DNA of 64,000 nt from Saccostrea echinata (taxonomy: Eukaryota), in contig NW_026889764.1 of NCBI RefSeq assembly GCF_033153115.1, positions 16,244,001 through 16,308,000 of the forward strand, written 5' to 3'. Below, piece after piece: positions 40,440-53,258 of the stretch; position 1 is the stretch's first letter, and every line of letters starts with the position of its first letter. The notes below the pieces were generated by a model, which saw nothing but the letters and a program-made list of their open reading frames with translations, was not told the DNA's origin and made no database searches. The position numbers and the translations under genes were made by a program.

Positions 40440-41190
40440 CAGAATTTGGAATTTAAAAAACACCAAAGAGTCATATTTGGATATTTTTCCAGAGATACTA
40501 GTAGACATTGATGGTAAAGTAACAACTAAACTTTATGATAAACGTGATGACTTCGGCTTTTCTATCATCAAATTCCCTTATTTATGTAGCTAAAAACCAT
40601 TTTCACATGCATATGGAGTTATTGTCTGCCAGTTGATTCGATACGCAAGAGCAAATTCTGCGTACGACCGATTTTTAACCCTCACAATATACTATCAAAT
40701 ACTCGGATGTTACATCAGTATAAACAATTTCGTTTGAGGTTGCCCGATCCTCAGGTTCTGAAACTCAGCATTTAAGTTACTGAAAATGCTTCACAAAGCA
40801 ATGTGTATTTAACCATGGCATTTCTATAAAGTTCAACATTATAATTATTCATATTATATAGGAAAAATTGTCAAATCTCATTTTGCTGGAAACGCGAATA
40901 AAACTCCTGCTATGCATTTTCTAATTGAAAATTGATCAAAAAAAAAAATATATTTTAGGATTAAAAACAAACTATAGCTATCCGGAGATTCGGAGAAAAT
41001 TGCATGATTTTATACTGATACGGTAAAGGGCTTGTAACGGGCGTGACCGGTCGATATACGAAGTGTACTCCTCCAGGACACTTTGATTCCACCTATGGAG
41101 TCTCCAGGAGTCCGTGTTTGCTCTTTTGCAAATTTGATTTTTAAGTGGATTTTTGAGCTTCATAACAATTCGTTATCTTAACAATTCACC
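40440..41190 (+). mobile_element. Penelope-like retroelement remnant (RT C-terminal part and 3' end)
   Basis: Translates as TTKLYDKRDDFGFSIIKFPYLCS*KPFSHAYGVIVCQLIRYARA. The 3' motif GTGACCGGTC..ACTCCTCCAGGACAC..TTCCACCT is at ~41040-41095. Confidence 0.75.
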
Positions 41191-41269
41191 ATACGGGGCA
41201 TTTGGGTTAATCCTTTCCTTTTGAGCTTGAATACTGTTCGTTATCTCCTATTTCATTCCTATACATTAA

Positions 41270-41790
41270 AAAGATGAAGATAACGGAACAGAGATTGATC
41301 TCAAAAAATCTACAAACAATACACATCTGTGAACAGGACATAAGGCACGAACCCCCGGAAATTCTAGAGGTGGGATCAGATGGCTAGGAGGAGTAAGCAT
41401 CCACTGTTGACCAGTCACACTCGCCGTCAACCCTACACGTGTATGTATTGAATAAGTAGACGGAACGTTCCGTAGTCAAATTTAGTACAAAAACAAAATC
41501 CTATAACAATTGATATGAAACACGTCAGCCAAATTACGACTCTATGATAGGTTATATTTAACACGGTTATTATAACGACCACAGAATTTAGGAAATGCTG
41601 ACTTTAAATGATGCTGTTGAAGTCCCTGTAACATCATTTTATCTGTTAGTAGCCTGTCTCGGTTTAAAAATTGATCGTACTCTTGAGTATAGAATAAGCT
41701 GTGAGACGTCAACACCATATGCAAGTGAAATTGCAACATAAATAAGAAAATTGACGACGGAAAAGTCATTTCGTTTGTCATAGTACTGAA
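41270..41790 (-). mobile_element. Second Penelope-like remnant of the same family, opposite orientation
   Basis: Minus-strand peptide QFLNRDRLLTDKMMLQGLQQ..LKSAFPKFCGRYN, and the reverse complement of the same 3' motif (AGAGGTGGGATCAG..TAGGAGGAGTAAGCATCC..TTGACCAGTCACAC). Confidence 0.75.
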
Positions 41791-44118
41791 ATAGGCATAA
41801 TCATGAAGTACATGAAGCAAAATACAGCTGAATAAAATTACATAATCTATATACATGTATTTTAAAATTTTGTTGTTGATTTTTATCGACATATACAACC
41901 CAAATGATCAACATTAAGAATTAACAAAAGCAAGAAATACCAGGGTATGTTATGAATATTTCATTACATCTTTTTAATGGTATATTAATGCGTCAATGGT
42001 AAGGGTACCCGGCGCAGTCACGAAATTAGGCATTAGAAATATATAACACCAACATGTACGTTTAAACTCCCAATGGACCCATAGTAAGAGTGAAATTAAT
42101 TCAAATTTATGTATATAGATGTACTTTCTCAATTTTATTTTGATTTCATTTTGTGTAAGTTTGTTAGAATTTTTTCACCGTTTACGCTCTCTAACCACCG
42201 ACTAAAAGGAACTGTTTATAAGTTTTCATTATTACTTAGTCAAAGTATTAATTATTAAACCAAAGTCAAATTTATAAATATATTAAAGTTGATTGAATTG
42301 ATTGGAAAATAAAAGAGAAATGTATGAGAAGAAACAAAAGACAAACTTTTTTCAAACAGTTTAACAATTTGGGATTTTTTTTTAACTATTATTATTTTAT
42401 ATATTGTATGCGACCATATGTTAAGACAAAGGAAATTTAAGCAGCTAAGATATAGCCTATCGGTATGATGTAATTTTCTGTTAAAAATATATTAAGTACA
42501 GCAATAACAAAATTCGTGAAAATTTTGTCTCTCCTATCAAAAATAAATAACTATCTTGCAAAAATAAGGTCTTGCAAAAAATTGGTCATATACAGCATGA
42601 GCTTTTTCCTTTCTCTTCCCTCAAACATATTCATTTTGAGATTTACAATATTAATAGAATATCATTTTGTGTTGTGCCTTTCATGTTTAATACATGTAGA
42701 ATACTATGGATTTTCTTGTGGACGCGCACTTTTTCACACGTTCTCATATAAACCTTAAATTAATAAAGAAAGAAAAAAATATTAGAATTATGAAAGATCT
42801 TTACAACATTTCTTTGAAATTTGAAAGGCTACGATCTTCAACTTTGACATCTTGATAATAATGATAGATACCAAAGCTATATACAAAGAGAAAAAATGTC
42901 TGCGAAATTAAATTTTTGAAATTATATTGAAATTACATTAAAGGTTCCTCTCGATGCAATTGTAAATATAAAATTTATTTATTAAAAATGCAATTGCTAT
43001 TTCAGCACCTTACGGAACTGATGTTGCGTTATTTTTTTACAATTATGATTTTGTTAAAAATCAGAATACTTATAAATAGTAAATCAGTCACACTTTAAGT
43101 ACATGTATGTACTCTTTTTCAAAAGTTTTAGGGGTAGGGAAGGCCCAACAATTCCAACCATGTTCTTGTTTAAAAGTACGTGTATGGATGGTACATGTAC
43201 ATGTAATATACTAGTACCCAATAGATGCGTCGACGAAAATTCGATTTAAGGACATTACAAACATTCATTTTATTAATCTTTGCTAATGATTAATCATCAA
43301 CTGTCAATATGTCCACAGAGAAATTTAAGACAGCTGTGTAATGTATTTGAAATGTAGATAGAAAGACAAATCTTGCAATACCTGTGTCAACACTGAGGAA
43401 ACATTCAGCAGTGTTTGTCGATATATTGAAGTTAGGAAGACTCTTTACTGCAATAACATATAAGAGATGATAATTCATGAAGGATTTCTGTATTTATACA
43501 TGTGTTACCTTTGATTGAATGTTCATGAATTTAGACAAAGGAAATCAACTCATTGCTTAGTTACGATGATATTTTGGTAAATGGAGTTGATCATTAGATT
43601 CGATTCCCCATCTAAACATATAAATGATGTTACTTCACAATTTTTTTTTTAAGAAATAGATTTTTAAAAGTACTTTATTATAAAAAAAAAAAAAAAATCC
43701 ACTTTGGAATTATTTTTGATTGATTGAAGAGGTTTACTGTGTAACATCTACTCTGTATCATATAAATGGGGGAAAAGGATTTGAAATGTGCTATATTAAT
43801 TTAATTCTTTCATCAATTAAACATTGATTAATGGTTTCTTGATAACTAAGTGTAAATACATATAACTTTAAATTCAATAAATCTTGAGATCTTTTCAATA
43901 AGTTGAGAAAACTATAAGCAGATTTAATACATTTTATATACATGTACAGTTCTAAGGAAGCAAAATCTAAAGCTATAGGCGAGGTACATATAAACAACGT
44001 TATGCTTCAACTTGTCGTAATTTACAGTCAAAAGTACTGGTTCAAAGTTAGGTAATAATATTATCAACAGCATAATAAATGGAACTGTGAAGACAGCAAG
44101 TTGATTTTTTTTTTTCAG

Positions 44119-45054
44119 TGCACCATTATCGATAGATACATGGAGAATATGAGATGTGTTGATCCACAAAATATGGAAGCAAATGAAGACAGAATTGTAT
44201 TTGAGGCGGTGAGTCACTAATAATATTTATACATGTACATGTATATGCTTTGTTTGATAAAAAATTAAATACAATTTAAAGTGTTCATCTTTCTTTCTCT
44301 TTTTAGGCACGAATTAACGATGTTCATAAATGGAACGATTTTATTTTATAGTGAAGTTTTCCCTTCAAAATTAACATTTTCTACTTCTTATAAAACAGAG
44401 TCATCGTTTTCCGCTAAAGTAATCATTTCGTTTTTATTATCTACAATATATCAAGTAATGAATGTTTAAATTTATGTTTTATCAAGTGCAAATGATATTG
44501 TTTCATCCAAAATGCTTAATATGTTTTGTTAAAGATTCATCCATGCTTGTATTGTACTTTTAGAATGAAATATTATTAAGAAAAGGTCAATATTCGTAGC
44601 TTGATTTTCTTTTATCAGATCGGAAAGGGAACAATAAAAAGGAAAAGAAAAATCTTAAAACATAAACAAAAGAAATGTAAATATTTCATTAAATTATGTA
44701 TAAAATAACGTAAAAACAAACAATTGTTTTTCTTAAGAATACTTTTCAATTAAAAAAAGATGTACTTTGAAAGTATCATAAAAAAGAAAGCAAATTCGTT
44801 ACGACAGCAGTCAAATAACAAAAGTTTATTTTGTGTAAATATTGAAGTTGATATTTCATTATATATTTTTACAGGAATGTCGATGTCCAGTTTATCACTC
44901 ATGCTATCTCAAGGTCATTAACGAGATCTCAGACGGCAATAGTATCGTAGACATGGCAACAGCCGAAAAACGTTACATATGTAAATCAAAGAAGACGCTA
45001 GAGATTGAGAAGAAGAAAAATAACGAGGCGGCGAATATTGCCGCTTCCGGTTGA
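44119..45054 (+). CDS. Terminal exons of a Cys-rich protein (44119-44208 and 44875-45054; possibly also 43950-43983)
   Basis: Strong acceptor (T11CAG), CTIIDRYMENMRCVDPQNMEANEDRIVFEA, donor GTGAGT. Joins in phase 0 to ECRCPVYHSCYLK...RYICKSKK...SG*. Confidence 0.5.
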
Positions 45055-45516
45055 AAACCATCTACTTAAAGCACAAATATGCACATGCTTTATCTAAATT
45101 TATTGAAATAAAATCCACTTAATATCAGTTTAACATTTTAATTGTTTTTATTTTTCTAGAAACTACATGTATGTATGAAATACAAATACAAATGTATTGA
45201 AATTTAAACTATTAGAATTATTAGAATCATTTTATTTGAATCCTTTGAAATAAAATGAGACTTTATTCAGCACATTATTAAAGCCAAAATAATAAATTAA
45301 ATAAGATTTAAAACAGAGAAACATGTTCATGAGCAAAAAAAAAAAAAATATATATATATATAATTATGTAATTGCTCTCAAGTCGCATGTATGTTTATGC
45401 ACGGAAATCTTTCTGCGTGCATGATTCACAAGCATGTCTGTCTAAATACTCAAGTTTTATACAACATCGAAGAAAATCATGTATGATTATAAATCTCTAT
45501 GGCTTTACTATAATTC

Positions 45517-46385
45517 CTATTTGTCATTAATTTGACCATGATTATGGTCTCCATGGTGATGGTGATGATCAGGATGACGACATACGATGACGGGAACATC
45601 TGAATGATGTAATACATAATCACTGACACTACCAAGGAAAGTCCTTCTCAGTTTACCTGTACCACGTGACCCAGTGATGATGACGTCAGCATTGTTCTCT
45701 CTCGCAGCACTGACGATGCCCTCTCCTGGTTTATTAGCGTGAATGCTTTTCACAGTACCATTTATCTACATGTTGAAGTGTTTGATTCAATACATACATT
45801 ATAAAGATATTAAATGATTTTAAAATAAACATGCTTGATTCAATGAGTGTACTGAACTTTACAGTCGGTTCTGAAATTCAGTACACGAGATAGGTTAACA
45901 TCATGTACACATGTATCAGTTTATGAAGAATCTATTCAAATTTCTGTGGCATTAAATAAAATTTTGATAATGTACTTGTATTTGCAAACATTCAGTTTGT
46001 TACCTAAAAGGTACAATGTATTTTCTCATTAGTTTAACCCACTATTTGCAGGAATTAACGTACATTGTGCTGTCGCATCATGTCAGCAAAGTGCTCCAAT
46101 TTATTTTTGATTGTCGCCGCCTCGTTCTCCAACAACTGATTGACGGTATCCTTGTCAAATGAATAGGGCGCTGCAAAATAAGACAGGATGTTTAACTTGT
46201 ATCATGATTTGAAATTCACAAGATTTTCACCACGTTCTTTGTAGTATTACAATGTACTTGAGTGTTTATCTACTATTAACTAGACTCACTGTAATACCAC
46301 TGAGTTGTTTGAATCACGTTATGGAATTCTACAGAATGTATCATTATCACGTGGTCTGTTGGTTGATGCATGGATTTGCAGTACC
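45517..46385 (-). CDS. Universal stress protein (USP/UspA domain), exons 2-4; first coding exon not found
   Basis: Exons 46385-46290 (WYCKSMHQPTDHVIMIHSVE..), 46170-46064 and 45765-45517 (KPGEGIVSAARENNADVIITGSRGTGKLRRTFLGSVSDYVLHHSDVPVIVC), in phase. Canonical USP ATP-binding motif G-SRG-x9-GSVS. Confidence 0.92.
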
Positions 46386-46472
46386 CTGAAAAAAAAAAGA
46401 AAAGAAAAAAGGGTTATGTATATAATTTAATCTAAAGAAATGAATAAATAGAAGAATTGAGAAGTATGTTTT

Positions 46473-47045
46473 TAGGGATGTCAAAATAAATATTTTCATT
46501 ATTCGAATAGTCGATTGCATTAGTCGACGAACAATCGATTATTCGGGACCATTCACCCCAGAAAGATTTTTAACGGTCTATGGAGGTGGTTGAGCATTAC
46601 CTGCGGATGAATTGTTGCTTTTTCGTTTGTTTGGTTTGTTTGTTTGTTTTTTGTTTTCAAATTGTTCACTAGGAAACTTCGGATCGTTTTCTACATTGTT
46701 TAATCACTGTCTACATGTACTAGTACAGTGTATACACAGCACTGAAACACGATCGCTTGAATTTGTTTTTGAAATAATATAGCTTATTGCTAGATGTTCC
46801 GCAAAAGGATCAAACGGTTTCAGAGAGCGTATATTTTACAGTATTTCCATCAACATTTCTGTCAAAATACTTTTTTAAAAACCTCCACGCGCTTGATTTC
46901 ATTGTCATCATTTTATAGAGACGTTCAAACTTTATCAAGAAAGATAACTGGGTTTAATTGTTTCTTCAATTTTCAAAGGAGTTATCGCTCTTTTACCGCA
47001 TATGTACTTCTTTGACGAATAGTCGACTATTCGTTGACATCACTA
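46473..47045. mobile_element. hAT-like MITE in USP intron
   Basis: TIRs TAGGGATGTCAA / TTGACATCACTA and subterminal CGAATAGTCGAC palindromic repeats; no clear TSD. Confidence 0.65.
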
Positions 47046-49354
47046 AACTGTCTCTGTTGCAATAAGAAGAAATGTAAAGAAAAATGTAACATAACTAAAA
47101 CTTGAGAAAAATGGAAGATTATCATACCAGTGCTATTATTCCATATACTTCAGTAGAATAAATCAACAGTTGAATTAAAGGATAATTTATTTTTAATGCC
47201 GAAAAAATCCAGTTTAAAAAGAGGTAAAATCTTATTTAGAAAATTAATAGATTTTTCATAAAATATGAATTAAACCAAAATCTATAGAAAGAGTCCTTGT
47301 CTAAATAAATACAAAACCCCAACATATGTCATGTAGATTTCAAATAGAAAATATAATAGCATGGTTTTTCAAAATTATCATTTAAGTTGTCATACCGATA
47401 TAAATTAGTTTGAATTCCGAAAGTATACTTTCGAACTTATTATTCATAGCTATGAAGAAATAATTTTTTATTCATAGCTTTTAACTGATAATTTGGATCT
47501 TTCTTTATAATAACAAGATATCTTATATTTAATATTTTTCGTACTATTGGGACTGAACATCAAGAAAAACTCGAGTAATTTTTTTAACGTACATCTTACG
47601 CATGAGAAACTATTACCAACACATCCGTATGTTTACCTTATGGCACCTTGACCATAAATAATGACCGCAGCTTGCTGTTCTCTTTGTCATATCGTAAATA
47701 TGTATATCCCCAAGCGGTTCGACACATTAACGTCAGTGAAAATGGGCAGCTCCATTGGATAAAAACTTGTATCTGTACTTAGTATTTTTTAAAATTCTGA
47801 ACGGAATTAATCACTGTATATATTTAAAAAAAAAGTTCTACCCAGACAATTTGTATTTTTAGATATGGAAATTGAGAGTCAAAAAGTACATTGTGTCATC
47901 TTTCAGGTTTTGTAAAAATGCTGCTTTAGCGTGAATAATCCAGTCTGGTTACAGAACTGTTTTATAGAACATAGGATTCTGTCCCGTTTAAATTTTAGTA
48001 AAAATTATTTCTTGTTTGCTTTTTATCCTTACTTGCTGGTCGGGTTTAATCTATCGCAAAAACAAACGTAGATTCACATTGTTCTGGTTTAATGATGACC
48101 TATTGTTTACAGTGATGGTCAAATCTCTTTCTACCGGCCATACACTCTGTGTACATGAGGCGGCATAAGTAGCAAACATACTGCTTAATCAATATTCTGG
48201 TAAATAGGTCAGGATGATGAATAATATCGCTTGTGAAGAAGCACAAAAATTAAATCCCTTTCGTCACGCCCTTATGAAGGTATACCTCGCCATCCAACAA
48301 TAAAATTCCATTTTTCGTAATATTTACCACATAAATTTGGGTTGTTATCTTAAAATCGACTGAACAAAATTTTAGAATATCAAAATATAATAACTGCATG
48401 TTTTTTTGTTGTTGTTGTTGTTGTTATTGTTTACGCACATACGTCTGCATTTATACCTGCAAACCAGCACAGATCTGGACACGCTTGCAAATTAATAATC
48501 CTCGCCCAAAGTCTGAACTGAAATTTTGGGTTTTGACTAAAGACTACGTTAATCTACATTTTCAAATGAAAATCTGTCTTCGAACATTATCACTATTGTG
48601 ATGGTCAGATGTTGATATTTCATTTACACTTAGCTGAATACACAAGTCTTACAATTTTCTTATTCGTCTTCTTATTTCGTTGTATACTTACAGTCAAAGG
48701 CATATTTAGAGTATTCACTTCCGTCAATCGCTATCAGTACTGTTCTAGTCTTTGGAAGCTGTTCTTCCGACATCTTGATTCAGTGTGCATGTGTTTACTG
48801 AGCTACAGGTAAATGAAATACTCACTCATACTTGACCCATATACACTGTTTACACCTGACTAGTCTCGCTGAAGTTGACACTGACCATGTAGCATTGTTT
48901 ATGTTATGAACATGTCAGTGAATTTTAAAGGGGATCAACCGATGGACTGCGTCGGAAAGGATGATTAATCTAAATTTATGTCCTGGTTCATAAGAGATGG
49001 TAGGGAAAAGGCATTTAGTCATGCATGCTATTTGATATTTACCTGCATATACTGCAATTGTGAAAATGCGATGCAAGTTTTGTTATATAATGAATAGATA
49101 AATCAAGTCTTATGAAAACATTTGAGAGTGCATTAACTATCTTTCGTTTCTCATCAGTCATATAATATATATACATGTAGCCTTATGTTAAATATTTTAA
49201 ATTGTGAATTGATGATAACTAGATTTAATTCAGATTTATTTGATTAAACATCATATTAAATAAAATGTAAATAGTTGTTTTTTAAGATCATATTTAGATA
49301 AAAATTTCAATTTCAAAGCACATATATATTATACATACATGTATATACATGTAT

Positions 49355-49680
49355 CAGGGCTCTAATTGGCGACCAATTTAGTCGCCATGGCGCCTAAAAT
49401 TTTTGATTGGCGCCTAAAATTTTTCCATAAGTCGCCAAATTGGCAACCATTATTAATTGACTTGGCGATTGTCGAATTCAAGAAATTTTCACATTTTTAA
49501 CAATTTTTCTGAAAAAACGAAAAGAAATTTAAAAGAAGAGGAAATTATTTTTAGCAATGGACATGTCAAGTTTTCTTAAGCACGTCATTGGTCCTTATAT
49601 TCTATTAACCTTTAAAGTTGGCGCCTTTGAAAAATTGCCTGCCGACTAAAAATTTGCATTGGCGACTAAATTTTTTGATA
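49355..49680. mobile_element. Truncated hAT-like MITE with TGGCGAC/TGGCGCC subterminal repeats
   Basis: Starts CAGGGCTC with repeated TTGGCGAC/GTCGCCA motifs. The right end is interrupted by the hammerhead-bearing repeat. Confidence 0.55.
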
Positions 49681-49694
49681 AGGCACCAGCACTT

Positions 49695-49733
49695 TGTCCT
49701 GAGGAAGGGACAGGTCGTCCCGAAAATTTGACA
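49695..49733 (+). ncRNA. Minimal type I hammerhead ribozyme motif (Penelope/retrozyme type)
   Basis: TGTC-CTGAGGA-A-GGGAC-AGGTC-GTCCC-GAAA-ATTT-GACA: CUGANGA core, 5-bp stem II, GAAA, palindromic short stem III, and stem I TGTC/GACA. Confidence 0.7.
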
Positions 49734-49842
49734 TTTTTTATTGTTCCTGTCGTTAGTCATTTTTAGTGCTTTATATAAATTTCCATCCGTGACCTTGTAT
49801 CTACTAAGTAGAAGTAGATCCGACACTTAGGATATACAGCGT

Positions 49843-49983
49843 NNNNNNNNNNNNNNNNNNNNNNNNNNNNNNNNNNNNNNNNNNNNNNNNNNNNNNNNNN
49901 NNNNNNNNNNNNNNNNNNNNNNNNNNNNNNNNNNNNNNNNNNNNNNNNNNNNNNNNNNNNNNNNNNNNNNNNNNNNNNNNNNN
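49843..49983. other. Assembly gap (N run)
   Basis: 141 N bases. Confidence 1.
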
Positions 49984-50862
49984 ATCTAAATTACCAAGAA
50001 ACAATATAAATGATAACAGAAGACTGTCATTGATGTTTACAGTCAACAATTTAAGAGGAGATGCACCTCCTCCCCGAAATTCGACGAATGGAGTTGCTTT
50101 TCGAATGTTTTTTTTTTTTTTTTTTTTTGTTTACAATCTGATTATGTTTTCCTTACTTCTTTATGTATAAATAAATAATCACTGACTAGCTTACTAATAT
50201 CAAATTCAGTGATTCAAAATTAAATACATTAATTTTTTTTTACAGAAAATGTGAACGAAAAATAGAATCTGATGTATGATCACAAGAACTGTTTTGTTTA
50301 GGTTTACTCTACAAGAGATGTGATATGAATCAGTATCAGTCCTGCAGAACAAAATCAGCCCTGCTGGATCCTTATCAGCCCGGGAAGATTATACGGCTAT
50401 TATGACTTCAGGTATACCAAATGTATCGCATATACAAAAACCTGTACATGTATTCATTACTAAGTATTTAATAATTATATATTTATTACACAAAGAGTTT
50501 TAGAAATAATACATTTTGAGCTCCTCTAAATAGATTTACAAAATTAAAAAAAAATAATAAATTAATAAACGATATATATCATTACTAGTAATAGTCGGAA
50601 TATAAGTAGTGATAATATGATGGACGGAAAATGTTTTTAACACCACCGCCACCTTCTTAAACCATGAAATTACCCATACTATTAAGAAGATAAAATTCAA
50701 CTTTACAAAAAGGTAACCAGGAACCCGTTGTTGACAACAGTGCAATTTGCACACATTAATTGTCACGTTCAAGGTAAGGAAATTATTTAAGATAAAAACA
50801 ACAAGCCATCCTCGAATCACGTTATCACGTAGTAGGATTATAAGAATCAATCCGCCAAATTA

Positions 50863-52622
50863 ATGTATAACTTGATTATGCATGAACTTCAATTGTGGAT
50901 CTACCTCTTTGTGCTGATTCTCGTTCGGGATGGAAGATGTAGTCAATCAGATACGAACATTTCCAACCCTTGTCGAGGGGAAATTCACCTGAATTTAGAT
51001 TTACCGATGAAGGTGGCGAAAATGAAGGAATTCTCTTCCAAATTAAGAGGAATTTCTGACACGTTGTATAAAGAACACTTGAGCCTTACAGATTCTTTAG
51101 TAAAACTAGTTGGATTGCCAGGTACGACATATGCTTTTAAAATGCATTCTACTCAATTTTAGTACTTCGTTAATAAATAGAGGATAATGACAGTAATTTT
51201 ACTGCCTTTTTTATTGTTGAAACCCTCTTAAGTATATCATTGCGAATGTCCGAATTCCTTAAATTATTTTTCGGAATATAATAAGGGAAAGGGAATAAAA
51301 TGATCATAGATGGAAAAAAACGGCTAAAATATTTTACAGCACCGATACACATTTTTTAAGTGGTTTAACTCTTGAGGAAACGAATGTGTAACGGTAGGTG
51401 TTTAAACACAATATAATTATATTATCTAAAAATATGAATTAGTTATATTAAACACTGGTATAAAGGCGTTCTGTTTCCAGCTTCAAAGGTAGCTGAAGCA
51501 TGTCGTCAGGATCCATCTTTAGTATTTCCACACCCTAGTGAGTGTCAACTTTACTACAACTGTTCTATGATGTACACTAAAGTTCCAGTCAGCCTAGAAC
51601 AACACTTGATGGAGTGCCAGTATCCGGATGTTTTTTCAACACGATCACTCAAATGTGAAAATTTCACAAGAGTGTGCTGCGGCACGAGAAACGTCACGAA
51701 GGATAAATGTATGTCTTCGGTATTTACATGTAGTTACATTAAGAAAATTAAATTTTGTATGCAATAAGAAAGGAAAATTAATAAATAAAAATTAAACTTT
51801 TATAGTGAGAAAAAAGTAGCCAATTTCTGATATTACAGGTGTATTTTTTTTTTAATTTAATTATTGCAATGGAATTATATCATAATATTTCTTAACCAAA
51901 TAGGTGATTATAGATCATATGTTGGAAGTATTTCCACGTGTAAATGGGAATATCCTAGCTGTAAAGGAAAAACAGACGGATTTCACCAGGGATATCAAGG
52001 TCCAAACTCATACATCAACTGTTTCCAAGAGCGTTTGATTAACAGAGGAACTTGTAAAGATGACGATATTTGGGATATATATAAGATCCCCTACAACGGC
52101 AATTGCACAAACCCTTTTGAGGTTCCCCACAAAGATGGCGGATTTCTGTCTAGTTGTGAGGGGAAAACAGATGGAAATTATCGCTTTGAGTATGATAGCT
52201 TCTACATGGGGCAGGGAGATTACTTCGGAGTAGGTAGACAATGTGATGCATTCTATCGTTGCGAAGGGGGCGTGGCTACAGCTGTCAAATGTCCGAATGG
52301 AACTGTGTTTGAACCTCAGAGCAGAAGCTGCAAAGCTGGAAATCACTCTATAGAATTAGGATGCCAGCTATACTGTAACCCAAACTTTAAAATGTGGAAC
52401 GGGTTTCCAAACAACTTAGCAGAATGTCCTTACCCAGAACAATTCTCTGACGTCACTCATACATGTGAAAACTTTACAAAGGTCACATGTGGCTCCCGCC
52501 CAGAGGTCAAGGATTATTGTGAGTATCAATAACTCGGTTACCTTTAATCTTTTTTAGTTTTATAATTTTTTTTAAAACACCAAATGAACATTATCTATAT
52601 GCTATTAATATATCTATATCTA

Positions 52623-52685
<63 letters not shown>

Positions 52686-53258
52686 GAGAGTATGCTATGC
52701 ATGCTTCATGAGTTTTTTGTTAACATAAATTCTTTTGTTGATTGATCTTAATTAAAACAGGTTTACTATTTTTATAAGTATTTTGAGCAGTTTGCAACTT
52801 GTTACTTTCAACGATTTTGGTTAGGCAAGTACAGAGTTCAGCTGTTCATGAACCGACATATGGGAAACTGCGAGGGTTATCACTTCAGCTGTGCAGGCTT
52901 ACCTGACGGGTTTAACGAACATCCAGTCAAACGACCCGGTCCTTATTATGTTCTTTGTTTCCAAGAAAGGCTTGTATTTGACGGAGCATGTCCCAGGGAC
53001 AACTTATGGCAGGCACAGACGTTTCCCTACAAAGGTCAATGTACACAGAGGTACGCCATTCCAGTTTCCCATCATGGCATAGGCCTCCTCCCGGATTGTT
53101 CCGGGAAATCTGACGGGAACTACCAGTATCCAAGTGGAAAATGTGATGCTTACTATAGATGTGAACAGGGTAACGCAACTGCCGTGAAATGTCCACCCAA
53201 CACTAACTTTGACGTCCGCAGCGAAGTGTGTAGGACTGGCGTTACTTGCTCTGGATAA
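50863..53258 (+). CDS. Secreted chitin-binding protein with multiple peritrophin-A/CBM14-like domains (~511 aa, 4 exons)
   Basis: Exons 50863-51121, 51481-51708, 51904-52518, 52825-53258; all introns phase 1, total 1536 nt. The start may be ATG 50878. Signal peptide LQLWIYLFVLILV. CBM14 patterns CxGKxDGNY..CDAYYRCExGxATAVKCPxxTxF..C and HPSECQLYYNC..ECQYPDVFS..C. Confidence 0.9.
52611..52685. repeat. (TATC)n microsatellite
   Basis: Seen directly in the sequence. Confidence 0.95.

Noticed and set aside
50226-50411. Exon-like segments right of the gap
   Set aside because: Splice signals are present, but the intron would be only ~48 nt and the joined frame stops early; unsupported without transcripts.
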